64,000 nucleotides of DNA from Eukaryota sp. GEM-RC1 (Eukaryota), in contig JAUFOQ010000002.1 in the NCBI GenBank assembly GCA_040285855.1, positions 3,534,001-3,598,000 of the forward strand. The letters run 5' to 3'. Every line of letters begins with the position of its first letter. Within the stretch, counting starts at the first letter, position 1. The position numbers and the translations under genes were made by a program. Under the pieces are notes generated by a model. That model was not told the DNA's origin. It worked only from the letters and a program-made list of their open reading frames with translations, and did no database searches. Below are positions 24,436-36,852 of this stretch, one piece after another.

Positions 24436-24575
24436 AAATGATTTCAGAAGCTCTATTAGCTCTTAGTGTTTTTTATGAAGAAAAAGCTGATGTGAGTTTT
24501 AATGGCAATGATTGTTGCTTTAATGATCTTGAGTTCGAGTATTTGTGTTTATCTTAGTGTTTTTGTTCTATAAAC
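24436..24575 (+). mobile_element. RLE retrotransposon extreme 3' fragment
   Basis: Near-identical to 16441-16570 (ATGATTTC..AAGCTCTATTAGCTCT...GATTGTTGCTTTAATGAT). Confidence 0.75.
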
Positions 24576-24899
24576 TGAAATTGCTAAATGATAAAACTCC
24601 GAGTAGGATTAGTCCTTACCAAACTAATTGGAATACAATTTACAATCGAGGTAGACGGTAGTAATTTCAAAGAAAAAAAAGATGAATCTGACGAGTCATG
24701 AAAACACCATCTGGATTACACTATTTCAGTAGTATTAGTAATCCATGTGTTCATAGGAAAGAACCAAATCTATAGCATAAGGATATTCGCAAGGTAAACG
24801 AGCAATGACATTCATGTCATGAGATCTGCAAACTGACCTTGACTCTTGGTGAATAAGTGAAACAATTAGTCAGAAATCATTTTCTAAAATTTGAACATT

Positions 24900-25316
24900 T
24901 TAAAAAAATACTCGAAACCCCGTGATAACAGTTGAACACTCAGGACAAATGGTCTGATTCAGCGTGACATTGACATCAGCACAAAACCAGCAAAAAACAA
25001 CATGATGGCATTGATCCAACACAACAGAGGATTCACGCCCTCCACAATGAAAACATTTAGGATGAGTAGGAAACATGGGTGATGGCGTGATTGTAGAAAA
25101 ATCCGGCATCTTCATTTTTCCCCGAACTATCTGCGCTGTTTTTGGTGTTTGTGGAGTCTCTATAACAATGCCCGGAGTACGTTCTCCTCCCAAGATAGGC
25201 TGAGATGATTCAGCAACTCTAGAAGACAACAACTGCAGCTTCCTTCTTATTGACCAAACTATATATAAATGGTAGATGAAGAAGGTAGCAAAGATAGCAT
25301 ACAATATATATGACAT
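24900..25316 (-). CDS. Small membrane-anchored RING-finger protein
   Basis: N-terminal hydrophobic segment. C-terminal CFHC...CHHVVFCWFCA...CPEC (C3HC4-like RING). Confidence 0.75.
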   Translation of the reverse strand: MSYILYAIFATFFIYHLYIVWSIRRKLQLLSSRVAESSQPILGGERTPGIVIETPQTPKTAQIVRGKMKMPDFSTITPSPMFPTHPKCFHCGGRESSVVLDQCHHVVFCWFCADVNVTLNQTICPECSTVITGFRVFF

Positions 25317-25521
25317 GTAAGAAAACAGTCATTTAATCAGGGTTTCTTAAAAAAGTTAGCATATATCTCTCATCAGAGTACTACATGTAGTTAAATGAAC
25401 GCCAGTTAAGGGAAGATTCTTGACAATCCGCAGGATTTGACAAGTGACGAATGTCCAGTCGTCAATGGTCAATGAACCAAATCTACAGTTTGGTTTGGTA
25501 ATAGTCTGTTTGACTTCCCAC

Positions 25522-26427
25522 ATGAGAACTGTAACGCTCAACACTGGTAATGAAATGCCTGCTCTTGGCTTAGGTACTTGGCAACTTGAAAAGACAATGT
25601 ATCCGAATGTGTTCAAGCTGCAATCGAAATAGGATACCGGCACATTGACACTGCAAAAGCATACGGAAATGAAGAGGAGATTGGCGATACATTAAGATCT
25701 TGCGTGACCCAAGGATTTATCAACAGAACAAATGATGTATTCGTGACAACAAAGCTTTGGAACCAGGACCATGGACCTTACGAGACAATTCGAGATTCCT
25801 ATCGGGAATCTCTGCGTCGTTTAGGTCTCGACACTGTGGATCTATATCTTGTCCATTGGCCGGTGAAGTTCCGTCCAGATCCATCTACATCTTTTCCCAC
25901 CAATGCAGACGGTAAAGTGGATGTTGTGGAGAACGATATTACTGAAACATGGGAAGGAATGTCAAGGATCTTCAAAGATGGTATTGTTAAAGCTGTTGGA
26001 GTCTCAAACTACGGCCCACAGCAGATAAGTCAGTCATTGGAAGCAGTTAATGCTGTGGTTCCTGCTATGAATCAAATCGAATGTCATCCCTACTGCCAAC
26101 GCATTCCTGTACGAAGCTGGTGCAAGAGTAAGAACATAGGAATCACCGCTTACTCGCCTCTTGGAGGAGGGAAGAACTCGTTCCAGCTTGATGAATGACA
26201 GTATTATTATGGATATTGCTAAAGCCAGAGGTAAGACGACATCCCAGACTCTTATCGCTTGGGGTCTCAACAATGAAATGGTTTCCATACCCAAGTCATC
26301 CAATCCAAGCCGAATTCAGGAGAACTTCTATTCTGACTTTATTTTGTCACAAGAGGATCTGTCAAAAATGAGAGCTCTGGACAAGAATGAGTCGACTTTG
26401 AATGTAACCTGGTCTGAACTAAAGTAG
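25522..26427 (+). CDS. Aldo-keto reductase (two frameshifts)
   Basis: MPALGLGTWQ, then after a shift at about 25590 GYRHIDTAKAYGNE, VFVTTKLW, DLYLVHWP, AVGVSNY, NQIECHPY, AYSPLG, IPKSSNPSRIQEN. Confidence 0.9.
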
Positions 26428-27155
26428 GTTATGACTCCCACTTGTATTTCAATCAAATAACACTGATGTAAGCCAAACAATTCAAGCCTTGAGTTTCAAG
26501 GGTCCTCAATGTACTGTAACTGTCAGTGGCCACCTATAATATATTTCAAAAATTTTATACGGCGAGGTGTTGTTCTTATACACATCCTATTGAGGATATT
26601 AAAGCAAAACATATCACATCTTTATACTGATAAATGTAACGTACAATGTACTGTGATAGAGATTTGTTATGCTACTAGTCGTTGTTGTAGTTTACGTGGG
26701 AAAAAACCTGGATACGATGAATAGTCACTTATTGGTGTCATGACAATCACTCAGTTTTAAGACAACATGCGTATCGCGGCATACAAATTTAACAAGTTGA
26801 TTAATTCCAAACTTCTTCGATATTGAGCTTTGTGGTATAAATGTGTTTCATTCTAACCAATACCTGGTTTCAATTTAGCAAGAAGTGGATAAAATCAAAG
26901 TCCTAAAATTGACGCCTGTCTAATCATAGAGCTCCCAAGAAATTCCAACAGATTACACACTTTTCCTTCTCTATATAAAGCTTGACCATCTGAAAAGTAA
27001 CGTGTTCGCAATCCCTCCGAAATACTCTTTTTAAGTGGTTTTCGGTGTCACAATGAAAGATAAAAGGATATTCACTGAAAGTAGGAATTTGGTACAAACG
27101 AATAGAGTACATCAATTTTCATTCAAAGTTACCCAATTTTTCAAATTTTTCAAAT

Positions 27156-29519
27156 CTACAACCTCCTGTATATTGGAAAGAACCATTCCTCGGCATGACT
27201 TACAAACCATTTAGTTCTGATAAGTGACCTTAAACCTGGCCTCGCAAAGATATTAAACAACACTAAGAACAATGCAATGGGGATCTTGACAAAGTAATGT
27301 AACATCAAGCACGGAAGGCATCTGCTTCTGGAAGAACGATAAAAGTTAATTATAATAGAGATCACAGTGAAACAGCCCCAAAACTTCCAAAAGCGGTAGT
27401 TGGGGTTTGAAAACGTCAGCACTATAAAGGATACCAAAACTCTCTTCAAAGATTCATCAGATTCAGATGAGGACATATAATAAGAATGACCAAACAAGAA
27501 GGAAATCGTGAAGAATGTAAAGCCAGTAGATACTCCAAACGTCAAAGCCACGAGACTGGAAAACAGGGAAACGACAGCTGTAACAACGAACACAGACTTG
27601 TAGCAAGAACATTCATTGTCTTGGAAGAAGTTAAATAGAGCTAAGAGAATGATAATAAAAGGGGAAATTACGTCATAGAAGAATACAAAACAATCTAATA
27701 CATTGAAAACTCCATTGAAGAAGGTGAAGAACAGACCGCGTACTGGTAAATCTATCACTCTAACTCCAGTAAGTCTAGTTGTTGTACAAACAACAGAGTC
27801 AGTCTTATAGAAAGTCTTCACTCCAAAGACACTCCACGAGCCTTTTAAAGGACTCCAAATGTGACAGAGTTTTCTGTGAATAGATTTAATAGGAGTTGAA
27901 GGAAACGTCATCGTCATTAGAGGTCCACCAGATAAACTATCTGAATTTAAAACATAGTTGGAGATCGATGATACATTCAGATTCTTATCTTTAGGTACAA
28001 TTACACATAAACTAGATCCATTACTAGAAGTAAATACTGCTTCTAAAGCTGTCTCAGCGAGAGTAAAGCTTGGGTTTTTCACATTAGAAGCACATTGAAT
28101 ATCAAAATAATTACCAGAATAATTGAAACCAATGTTCTTTGAAATTGTGGTGATAACATCAGATGCTAAGTTGTACAATTCAAGGTCGCGAACATCAATT
28201 AAAGGAAAAACTCTGTCAATGTCACTTGCTAAATCTAATGCCATAGAGGGATTTTCAACAGGTAACAGTGACTTCATAAAGTTCAAATACTGTTTCAATG
28301 ACTCAGCATCGGGCTTGGTTGAAGTCCAAACAATAGATTTCAAAGTTTCCAAAACCAATGGATGTTTGGATTGATGATACAATAAATTAAATAAATGATT
28401 TCTCATTTTTTTAAGTGATTGAATTGGAAAATCAATCTTATGATGACGTATAGTTTCCGATAGGGCATAAACAGAAGGAACAACAGAGTCATATGAGTTC
28501 ATAAGTTCAAGTACAGAGACCATAGCCATCTGTGACACGTCATCAGATCTTCCAGCTTCAACTCTTACACTAACGCTCTCTTCATTCACTACCTTCTTTG
28601 AGATTGGATCAAGAGTTCTCCTAATTATTGTTACTTTTCCCTTGTCCTCAGAGAATCCAGGAGGTAACATAGTCTTAAGGTTAGAGTTCAATGAAGGTTG
28701 TCCCAGTGAAAGACAATGGTGTTTACGAACAATACACCAATCATAGAGAACACTAGGAGGAGAATTTGAATGAGAGAAGTGGAAAGAAGTGGAAGCAGCG
28801 GTTCCTTCAAGGGGAGTAATAATCAAGTTTGAAGGAAATAACGGCTGTGAAAGGTGAATGGTGGTAGAGAGTTTGGACAAAGTACCATTACCATGTAAGA
28901 ACTGAAGATCGAAGGTGACATTGTCATTGAGAAGAAGTATACTTGGATCGAGAACAAGTATAGCATGTTTAGTAGAAGTGAGACTGTATTCCTTCAGTAG
29001 ATTAGGAATATCACAAGACCAAAGCAACTCAGTAAATTCAATATCAACAGGGGCTCTTAGGACCAGATTACTACTCAAAGTTGTAGGATACGATACAAGA
29101 ATTTTGGAGGAGGTGTCTAGTGTGTCAGTTTCAAGTTCTTCTTCGATATCACCAAAAGAAGGATCTTGCCGTTGTTGGTCAATGACTTCATTCGATTCAA
29201 AATGATCGGAATCACCTAAGGTAGTGGTATCGTGAGATCGAAGGACAAAAGCAAGGTAGATTCCCACAAGAGAAGCAATTACTGCAAGGAGAACAAGGAT
29301 CCATACAGTACTTGATTTGTCCTGTGAAGAAGACAAGGGTTGTGGATGAAGACCTACATTAGAATGGATGGATGGGACCTGCAGCAGCAAGTTTTCGAGA
29401 TCTGAATCTGAAGAGAAGTCGGAAACGTCATCTTCACTGGAATCATCTACTGGTTCGTCTTCCCATGACGTGTCAGACTCACTGTCACTTATGGAGAAGC
29501 CGTAAAGTGATAGAGTCAT
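27156..29519 (-). CDS. REJ-module/GPS-motif multi-pass membrane protein (polycystin/adhesion-GPCR-like)
   Basis: P.EG.A.ST.F.F and LPPG REJ-like motifs. GPS-like CHIWS...SWS..GV...VVCTTTRLT at 27768-27866, followed by several TM segments. Confidence 0.6.
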   Translation of the reverse strand: MTLSLYGFSISDSESDTSWEDEPVDDSSEDDVSDFSSDSDLENLLLQVPSIHSNVGLHPQPLSSSQDKSSTVWILVLLAVIASLVGIYLAFVLRSHDTTTLGDSDHFESNEVIDQQRQDPSFGDIEEELETDTLDTSSKILVSYPTTLSSNLVLRAPVDIEFTELLWSCDIPNLLKEYSLTSTKHAILVLDPSILLLNDNVTFDLQFLHGNGTLSKLSTTIHLSQPLFPSNLIITPLEGTAASTSFHFSHSNSPPSVLYDWCIVRKHHCLSLGQPSLNSNLKTMLPPGFSEDKGKVTIIRRTLDPISKKVVNEESVSVRVEAGRSDDVSQMAMVSVLELMNSYDSVVPSVYALSETIRHHKIDFPIQSLKKMRNHLFNLLYHQSKHPLVLETLKSIVWTSTKPDAESLKQYLNFMKSLLPVENPSMALDLASDIDRVFPLIDVRDLELYNLASDVITTISKNIGFNYSGNYFDIQCASNVKNPSFTLAETALEAVFTSSNGSSLCVIVPKDKNLNVSSISNYVLNSDSLSGGPLMTMTFPSTPIKSIHRKLCHIWSPLKGSWSVFGVKTFYKTDSVVCTTTRLTGVRVIDLPVRGLFFTFFNGVFNVLDCFVFFYDVISPFIIILLALFNFFQDNECSCYKSVFVVTAVVSLFSSLVALTFGVSTGFTFFTISFLFGHSYYMSSSESDESLKRVLVSFIVLTFSNPNYRFWKFWGCFTVISIIINFYRSSRSRCLPCLMLHYFVKIPIALFLVLFNIFARPGLRSLIRTKWFVSHAEEWFFPIYRRL

Positions 29520-29677
29520 TTGAAACAAACAAATTGAATTTTAGAGTCTAAAATTCAATTTCATGTACAGCACTGCAATAAGTATTGTTCGTTTTCATTA
29601 ATGCGATAAATATATTTCAATTGTCGCCCGTTACGGTAACTACTTGTACATTGCGCATTAATTCCAGTACTCTACAG

Positions 29678-30430
29678 TAGTGATCGTACAAAACCGTAAA
29701 TACGGTAACTTTTCAGACAACTCCGTAAATAATTTCCGTATTTTACGGAACGGTATATTTTACGACCACAGTATTATTTTTCGTAAAGAATTGCAATACG
29801 AAACCGTATTTCACCGTAAATTTACTGTTGGATTTCCACGTATCTACAACAAGAATTGTTATCAAAATGCTCGTTTGTTTGGAGTGAAAATCATAGTAAA
29901 AATGATACAGATTTCTAACACCACAATCCTCTTATTGTCGTTTTGGCAAGAATTGGAACATCATAATGAACAATTGTTGTTTGATGTTGTGAAGAATCAA
30001 AACTTTGATAGTCATCAAAATGATCAGTATTGGTAGGATACAGAAGATCGGTGTACCCCTTTCCCTTCTTAATCCAAGTGAAAACAATGGGTTGACAGTA
30101 CTTACACTTGTAGCAGTCAGACGAGATTACAGTATGGATCCTAGGAGAATGTAGCGGCTCTTCCAGCTTCATGAAGAAGTTTTTGATACGCATCGTGTTG
30201 CATTGTTTACGGAAAAATACATATTTTACGGAATTGTTTACCGTAAATAATTTCCGTATTTTACGGGAAACTCTATTTTACGGAAAGAAATGAAACCAAA
30301 TATTGCAAAATATTGCACGATGTATTGAAATATATTGCAATAACTTGGGTTTTACAATAAATATATTGTACTGGTGAAACAAACACAAAGCATGTATGTA
30401 TTGCAATACAATATATTATTGGGCATCCCT
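29678..30430 (-). mobile_element. Second copy of the BED-finger hAT derivative, joined to a CATCCCTG hAT end
   Basis: 29678-30285 closely matches 10396-11050. The region ends GGGCATCCCTG (30430), like the right TIR of the 3667-6219 family. Confidence 0.7.
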
Positions 30431-30809
30431 GTTTTAGACCAAAATTTGAATGCACTTTTGTTCGGAAATCAAAGTAAACAACACACTGTAAAAATTAAAC
30501 TCCCATAAAGTTTTCAAATGATTTTGGAGTTTCTTTCCATTGAATTGATTTCAAATACAAAATTGTTTTGATTGGATTTCTTCTGTTTTTTTGGTCAAAT
30601 TGCATTAATAAAACAGACTCTCGTTCAACAGAGACTATAACATAAGTACAAAAACTAGAACAAATACTTGACCTTTGAACATCGTTCTGCATGAATCAAT
30701 AAGTACTGCGTCGACTGTCGTATTTGTGTATTGCTTGATAAGTACTGCTTCGATGTGAAGAACAGAAGTGCAATCTTCAAAAACATTTCCTTCCAATATC
30801 TCGATATGA

Positions 30810-33082
30810 ATGCAAAATCCAACACTTTCTGACTTTGAAAAGGTTCAAATCATTGGCAGGGGTAGCTATGGTGCTGTATATCTCGTCCGCGAAAAGTCTT
30901 CTTGCAAACTTCTTGTTCTTAAACAAGTCACCAACATTTCTTCTGATGAATGCAAACTTGCTGAGAATGAGGTGGATGTACTCAAAAACTTTCCCATCCA
31001 AATGTCATACAATATCATGGTTTTTCATTGACCACGACAACCAACTCAACATACTTATGGATTACGCTGATGGTGGGGATCTCCATGCTCGAATCCGTGG
31101 TCGTGACGGCCATCACTTCTCAGAAAACGACATTATGTCTTGGTTTGTCCAACTTCTTTCAGGTCTCTCCCACATCCACAACAACAACATCCTCCACAGA
31201 GATCTCAAAACCCAGAACATCTTTTTTAACAAAGTCAAACATCATCAAGATTGGTGACTTTGGTATAAGTAAACAACTAGGCACTAAGACTGACTTTGCC
31301 CGCACTTATGTTGGTACTCCCTACTATCTCTCTCCTGAAATGTGTGAAGATCTACCTTACAACACTAAATCTGACGTTTGGGCTCTTGGTTGTATACTCT
31401 ACGAACTCTGCTCACTTCGCCACGCCTTCACTGCTAAGTCTATTCCTGCTCTTGTCATGAGCATTCTACGTGGGATTTACGAACCAATTCCATCCATGTA
31501 CTCCTCTCAAATCAACGACCTAATCAAAATGATGCTAGAGGTCGACCCTGCACGTCGCCCATCAGTAAATGAGCTCACTCAAGTCCCCTACGTAAGAGAA
31601 TGGTCTGAGAAGTTTGTACAGAGAAGTAGAGGAATTCAACGGGGAGATCCTGTGGTAAAGGATCGTGTTGTCTTTGAAGATGGGAAGGGAATAGAGACGT
31701 GGAAGAAGGAGAAAGAGAATCAGTTGGGAGAGTTAGAGTTGATGTTGGCTGCTCATAAGAACGGTGAGGTGACTCCTGTGAATTTTAAAAATTTTAGTCC
31801 TGCTCAGCCGAAAGTGGAAAGTGTTAGAGTTGATTTGAGAAATCATGTCACACCACCAATCAAACCCCCAAAAAGTCTGCCTAGTTCTGGTCGATCGTTA
31901 TCACATCGGAGAGTTTCACCACGGAAGCAAGAAGAAATCCAGAAAGAATGTCGTGATAAGAGGAGGCATAAAGTTAGAACAAGTTCTGACATTAAGGTCC
32001 ACGAACAAAAATTTAAAAACAAACTGAAAAATGTCAAATCTCGAATCAGTCAGTTTAAAGATAATCAAGAATCTCCAATTGATCGGCCAATCGAAATCAA
32101 AGTAAAGGATCAAAAATCACGTGTTACTCCAAAAACTGATGATAAATCAAAAGAGATGGGGGACAGTTTTAGAGCTCAGACTGATGATCAAAAACAAGAG
32201 GCAAAATCAACCGAAGTATCTAAACCGAAACCAAAAAGATCTGGTTTCCGAGACTTTATTCAGAAGAAACGTCAGCAATTGCCTGATTCGGCTGAAGTTG
32301 GGATTGAAGTGCTTACTCCTGGAAAAACACCTTCAAAAACACCGTCCACGACTCCTTCTAATCAAGTTGACGTGCCCATAGTAATCTTAGCCAAATCACC
32401 ACCACGTCACCCCTTAAAGGAGGTAGAAGAAGAAAGGAAAGAAGAAGAGATCACAGAATCAGAAAAGGAAAGTGTTCATTCTTATACGGAAAGTGAATGT
32501 GATCGGTCACAATCACATTCCCCAAGAGGAATTTCTCCCACGCCAGAGGACTTCAATCGTTGTCAGATGATTTCAACTGATTACGGCATTGATGACGTTG
32601 ATTACAGTGATCACATGTTACTTCCAGTCAATTTTGATTCCTCCCCAGGCTATGTTCCGGGATCAACTCCTCTATTTCAAACAGAGAATTTCTTGTCTTC
32701 TCCTCCACAGATTTCTTCTCGATCTGATGGACATTTAGAAGATGAGTTTGAAGAAGCAGAGATGGAACAAGTCATTGAGACAATGAAAACTATGATGAAG
32801 GACGAATTTTATACTTGTAAAGAAATTGACATGGGACCTAAAAATCTTGAAAATTTGAAAAGTGGTGATGAGAATTCATCGTTACATTCTAAAATTGATG
32901 AGTTGAGGGAATTTTGCGAGAAACAATTAACTTTGGAGTCGTTCAAGTCCGTGTATAATATTTTGAAAAATAACGAAAAATTTACTGATGCAAATTGGGA
33001 GTTGTTGGATGAAATTTTAGGAGAAAAGGTGTTTTTGCTAGGTTGTATTCAGCGAATTTTAACACTTGAAAAGCAAACGTGA
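30810..33082 (+). CDS. NIMA-related (NEK) kinase, three homopolymer frameshifts
   Basis: IGRGSYGAV, MDYADGGDL, ILHRDLKTQNIF, KIGDFGISK, VGTPYYLSPE, KSDVWALGC. C-terminal NEK1-like helical tail (IDELREFCEKQL...). Confidence 0.9.
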
Positions 33083-33345
33083 TTTTGATTGTCTGTTTCT
33101 TCATTGTTTTTCTCTATATTACTGGTGTTATTTGTTCCAGTTACTTTTGTTTCTTTTAGGATTATTACCATTTGATTCTTCTTCAAAGAAGATCTCTTTT
33201 TCTGCTGTAGTACTTACTGTAATTGTACATTTAGTTTAGTATTTTCTCGGAAATCGGTCAAAATTGCACATTTTTCAATTATTTCTTTCAAATAAACTCA
33301 AATCTTTACAAAACAAACATGAGTTGAGTGCCATTATATACATAT

Positions 33346-33684
33346 CTACAATCCTACACTATTTGTGATTAGTTCGACGTTTGTTCGAACTGGACGAACC
33401 CTTGCTAGTTTAGCTATAGTACTCTTCCTTACTGCTTCATCTATGACTGCACTGCTGAACACATTAGAACCAGTTGGACGCGGACGTGGCTTTGAGGAAT
33501 GTTTGTGGGTTTTCGTACCATCTTTGGGGGTGTGACTAACTCCAGTAGCGTGTTTGATCAAATGTTCTGGTCGAACTGATAAGAAGTCGTGCAGCAGTGC
33601 TATAGCGGGAGCATTGGAAGATTTATGTGAATTGGATGAATGTCTTGATGTTTTGTGTGGTTTAGTGCTTTTAGTTGTGGACAT
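33346..33684 (-). CDS. Small basic hypothetical protein
   Basis: Open frame from MSTTKS lying between the NEK gene and the tRNA inverted repeat. No recognisable domain. Confidence 0.4.
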   Translation of the reverse strand: MSTTKSTKPHKTSRHSSNSHKSSNAPAIALLHDFLSVRPEHLIKHATGVSHTPKDGTKTHKHSSKPRPRPTGSNVFSSAVIDEAVRKSTIAKLARVRPVRTNVELITNSVGL

Positions 33685-34412
33685 GACAAGGGTTGATTCA
33701 AAAAGCAACGCAGAGAAAAATTGAATTTCGGTTCGGGAAATTAGATGACTTGAACCATCAATAACCTTCTTTCTTTTAAACTAGTTCTAATTAGTGCTCA
33801 ATGCGTGATTAATGTTCTAGAATTGTATATAAAATGTAGAAATTCGTGTATCTACAGCTCCAATCAAAAATCAATAAGGCTGGACTTTATCAAATTGGAA
33901 CTTGACGATCAACTACGATCAATCATGATTACTGTGTTCTTGCAATGATTGAATTTAGTAGGAAAACTCTGTAAGTTGTCAGTCAATGCTATTTAAACAG
34001 AGCAAATCATCTCTTATCACATTTCGTTTTCTAAATTCAAATTTGAATTCAAATTGGACTATCAATTCAACTCCTAATATTCCACTCCTAACGCTTTGTT
34101 AGCATCAAGTATCTGGTACGAACATAACATTAATTGTATTTCATGGTTTATAAAATTTACATGATGCTATAATGCTAATACCGCATGGATTTTTAGTTTT
34201 CATCATCTGAACTTAGGAATTAATCACTTAGAGGCTTATAACAAAGCTCAACTTCTGCACATACATTGAGTTTAAGCCAAGAACATTCTGTCAACTCTGA
34301 AGGGATTCGATAAGGATTCACTTCGTGTCTGTCAGTTAGTCCATGACCCTCATTTATTGATGAAGTTTGTCCTTTAAGATGACACTGTGTTGGTTGATTT
34401 CCAAAACATGAA

Positions 34413-34484
34413 TCGGTCATAGTATAGTGGTGAGTATCCCCGCCTGTCACGCGGGAGGCCGGGGTTCGATTCCCCGTGACCGAG
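34413..34484 (+). tRNA. tRNA-Asp (GTC)
   Basis: 72 nt. Acceptor stem TCGGTCA/TGACCGA, D-loop AGTGG, anticodon loop CTGTCAC, T-loop GGTTCGATTCC, downstream T-run (Pol III terminator). Confidence 0.97.
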
Positions 34485-34662
34485 TAATATTTTTTTGTCA
34501 AAATTAACATTATATTTCTAAAACGAATATGAATTTGTAAAAACAAACAATATTACTAGCAAGACTAATTCCAAACGACTTCGTCTCTCTGTGGTAAAAG
34601 AGTACGTTTTTCAACATTAACTTTCACATTAGACTGTAACATTTGATGAGTACATGTTACTA

Positions 34663-35227
34663 CACTGGTTGGTCTAATTACTCTCATCAGCTAATTAGTC
34701 TCAGTGAGATTAATTCTAAAATTGACCTTTGAATTTTGTCAGTGAGACTATAATCCAAATAAACTCTGTCTGTATTTCTGCTATTTTTTGGTTTTCATAT
34801 GCCTTATTTTAATGGACCACCTTCATGTCTTTTCATGACCGATCTTTGCAGCGTTTGGTTTCGTTTAAGCACACATCGCTCGACCTCAAAACCCTGCTGT
34901 TAGTACCTCCGACGAAGATAATTGGGATTCTGATGGTATAACGAACTAGATAAGCTGTAGTTAGACGTGGATTCTGTTTGAGCAATTAAACATCACTCAA
35001 ATGTACCTTGTTTTTGAAGAACATAATGGAAAATATTCGGAGTGTCTATATGGGAATCATATTATCAATGTTCAATAGTTTTTCGCAATGAATAGTAATA
35101 AGCAATGGTAAAGTAGTCTTCAAATTAGTCTCATCAGATAAATAATCTCAGTGAGACTAATTCTAAAATTGATGACGAAAACTTCTTTGCAAATTAGTCT
35201 CATTGAGACTAATTAGACAAACCAGTG
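34663..35227. mobile_element. TA-flanked MITE
   Basis: TIRs CACTGGTTGGTCTAATTA / TAATTAGACAAACCAGTG, TA on both sides, internal AGTCTCA/TGAGACT repeats. A solo end of the same family lies at about 42795-42933. Confidence 0.85.
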
Positions 35228-35229
35228 TA

Positions 35230-36010
35230 GTATTTCCTTTTGCAATTTCCCTTCGACTTGGTAAAGATGCTCTAATTTTTAGAAAGTTTTCTACATAAAG
35301 AGCGAACAAGAAATTTGATTTTGAGTTTTGGTTGAATGTTATTGTCTTTACAATATTTAAAACAATTTCTTTTATGATTTCGAAAGTTCGATTAGATCTG
35401 ATTATTTTCTACAAAGAAAAAAGCTGATATGAGTTTTAATGGAAATGCATGTTGCTTTAACTTTAATGATATTGAGTTCTAGTTTTGGAATTTATCTTTA
35501 AGTTATGGTTCTGGAGTTAAGTCCATCTTTTCTTCAGCAATGGCTATTCGAAATTCTGAAACGGTTCAAAAATTAGTCAAAATGCATCCAAAAGAAGTGT
35601 TTTGTGTGTTAAACCTCAAATTTGTCAATTTTGGATTGATAATCCTATTTTCCCAACAGAAGTTGCAAATGCTATTGATAGACTTCCTAAAGGTAAAGCA
35701 GCTGGACATTCAGGCATTTCATTTGATTTGTTGAAAGCTGCTGGCAAGGCTGCTCCAGAAATTTCTGAAGATCTTTCTAATTACTTTCAACAGATGGTAT
35801 GTTTGAAAGTTATTCCTCCAATTGAATCGACTGCTGCTCGATTTATTGCTTGAGTAAAACCAGGTAACGGAATTAAGCCTGATGGAATCCGTCCAATTGA
35901 AGTCTCAGAATCAACTTCTCGTTTATCCACTTCAATTGTGTTTAATCCAGTGGTCGATAAAGCAAGTCGCTTTATGTCTCCATTTCAATGTGGAATTAAG
36001 ACAACAGAGA
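35230..36010 (+). pseudogene. RLE retrotransposon fragments: 3' tail (35230-35500) plus N-terminal RT region (35500-36005)
   Basis: KFDFEFWLNVIVFTIFKTI tail, then LPKGKAAGHSGISFDLLK...ARFIA*VKPG..DGIRPIEVSE..SRL...SPFQCGI (CRE-like RT domains 0-2). Confidence 0.75.
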
Positions 36011-36049
36011 GCTTCTGTTGTAAAGTTAATTTGACAACAAAAAATATTA

Positions 36050-36121
36050 CTCGGTCACGGGGAATCGAACCCCGGCCTCCCGCGTGACAGGCGGGGATAC
36101 TCACCACTATACTATGACCGA
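36050..36121 (-). tRNA. tRNA-Asp (GTC), identical second copy
   Basis: Exact reverse complement of 34413-34484. Confidence 0.97.
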
Positions 36122-36852
36122 TTCATGTTTTGGAAATCAACCAACACAGTGTCGTCTTAAAGGACAAACTTCATCAATAAATGAGGGTCATAATGGACTA
36201 ACTGACAGATACGAAGTGAATCCTTATCGAATCCCTTCAGAGTTGACAGAATATTCTTCGCTTAAACTCAATGTATGTGTCACACACGAATAAATAGGTG
36301 CAATTGCAGTTGAAGCTCTGTTATAAGCCGTAAAGTGATTAATTCCTAAGTTCAGATGATGAAAAACTAAAAATCCATGCGGTATTAGCATTATAGCATC
36401 ATGCAAATTTTATCAACCATGAAATACAATTAATGTTATGTTCGTTCCAGATACTTGATGCTAACAAAGCGTTAGGAGTGGAATATTAGGAGTTGAATAT
36501 TAGGAGTTGAATTGATGGTCCAATTTGATTTCAAATTTTAATTTAGAAAACGAAATGTGATAACAGATAATTTGCTCTGTTTAAAAAGCATTGACTGACA
36601 ACTTACAGAGTTTTCCTACTAAATTCAATCATTGCAACACCACAGTGATCATGATTGATCGTAGTTGATCGTCAAGTTCCAATTTGATAAAGTCTAGCCT
36701 TATTGATTTTTGATTGGAGCTGCAGATACACGAATTTCTACATTTTATATACAATTCTAGAACATTAATCACACAATAAGCTCTAATAAGAACTAATTCA
36801 AAAGAAAGAAGGACGATTCTATTGATGATCACAGTTCTAATACTAGAAAGTA

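Larger units (their letters stand above)
33750..36830. repeat. Large inverted duplication (arms about 33750-34510 and 36022-36830) around a spacer of about 1.5 kb
   Basis: Arm 2 is the reverse complement of arm 1 with scattered substitutions and indels (e.g. TGATTAATGTTCTAGAATTGTATATAAAATGTAG at 33806 versus its reverse complement near 36738-36771). Each arm holds a tRNA-Asp. Confidence 0.9.

Noticed and set aside
34220..34546. ORFs 34220-34546 and 36084-36293
   Set aside because: They are antisense read-throughs of the tRNA-Asp genes and inverted-repeat arms.
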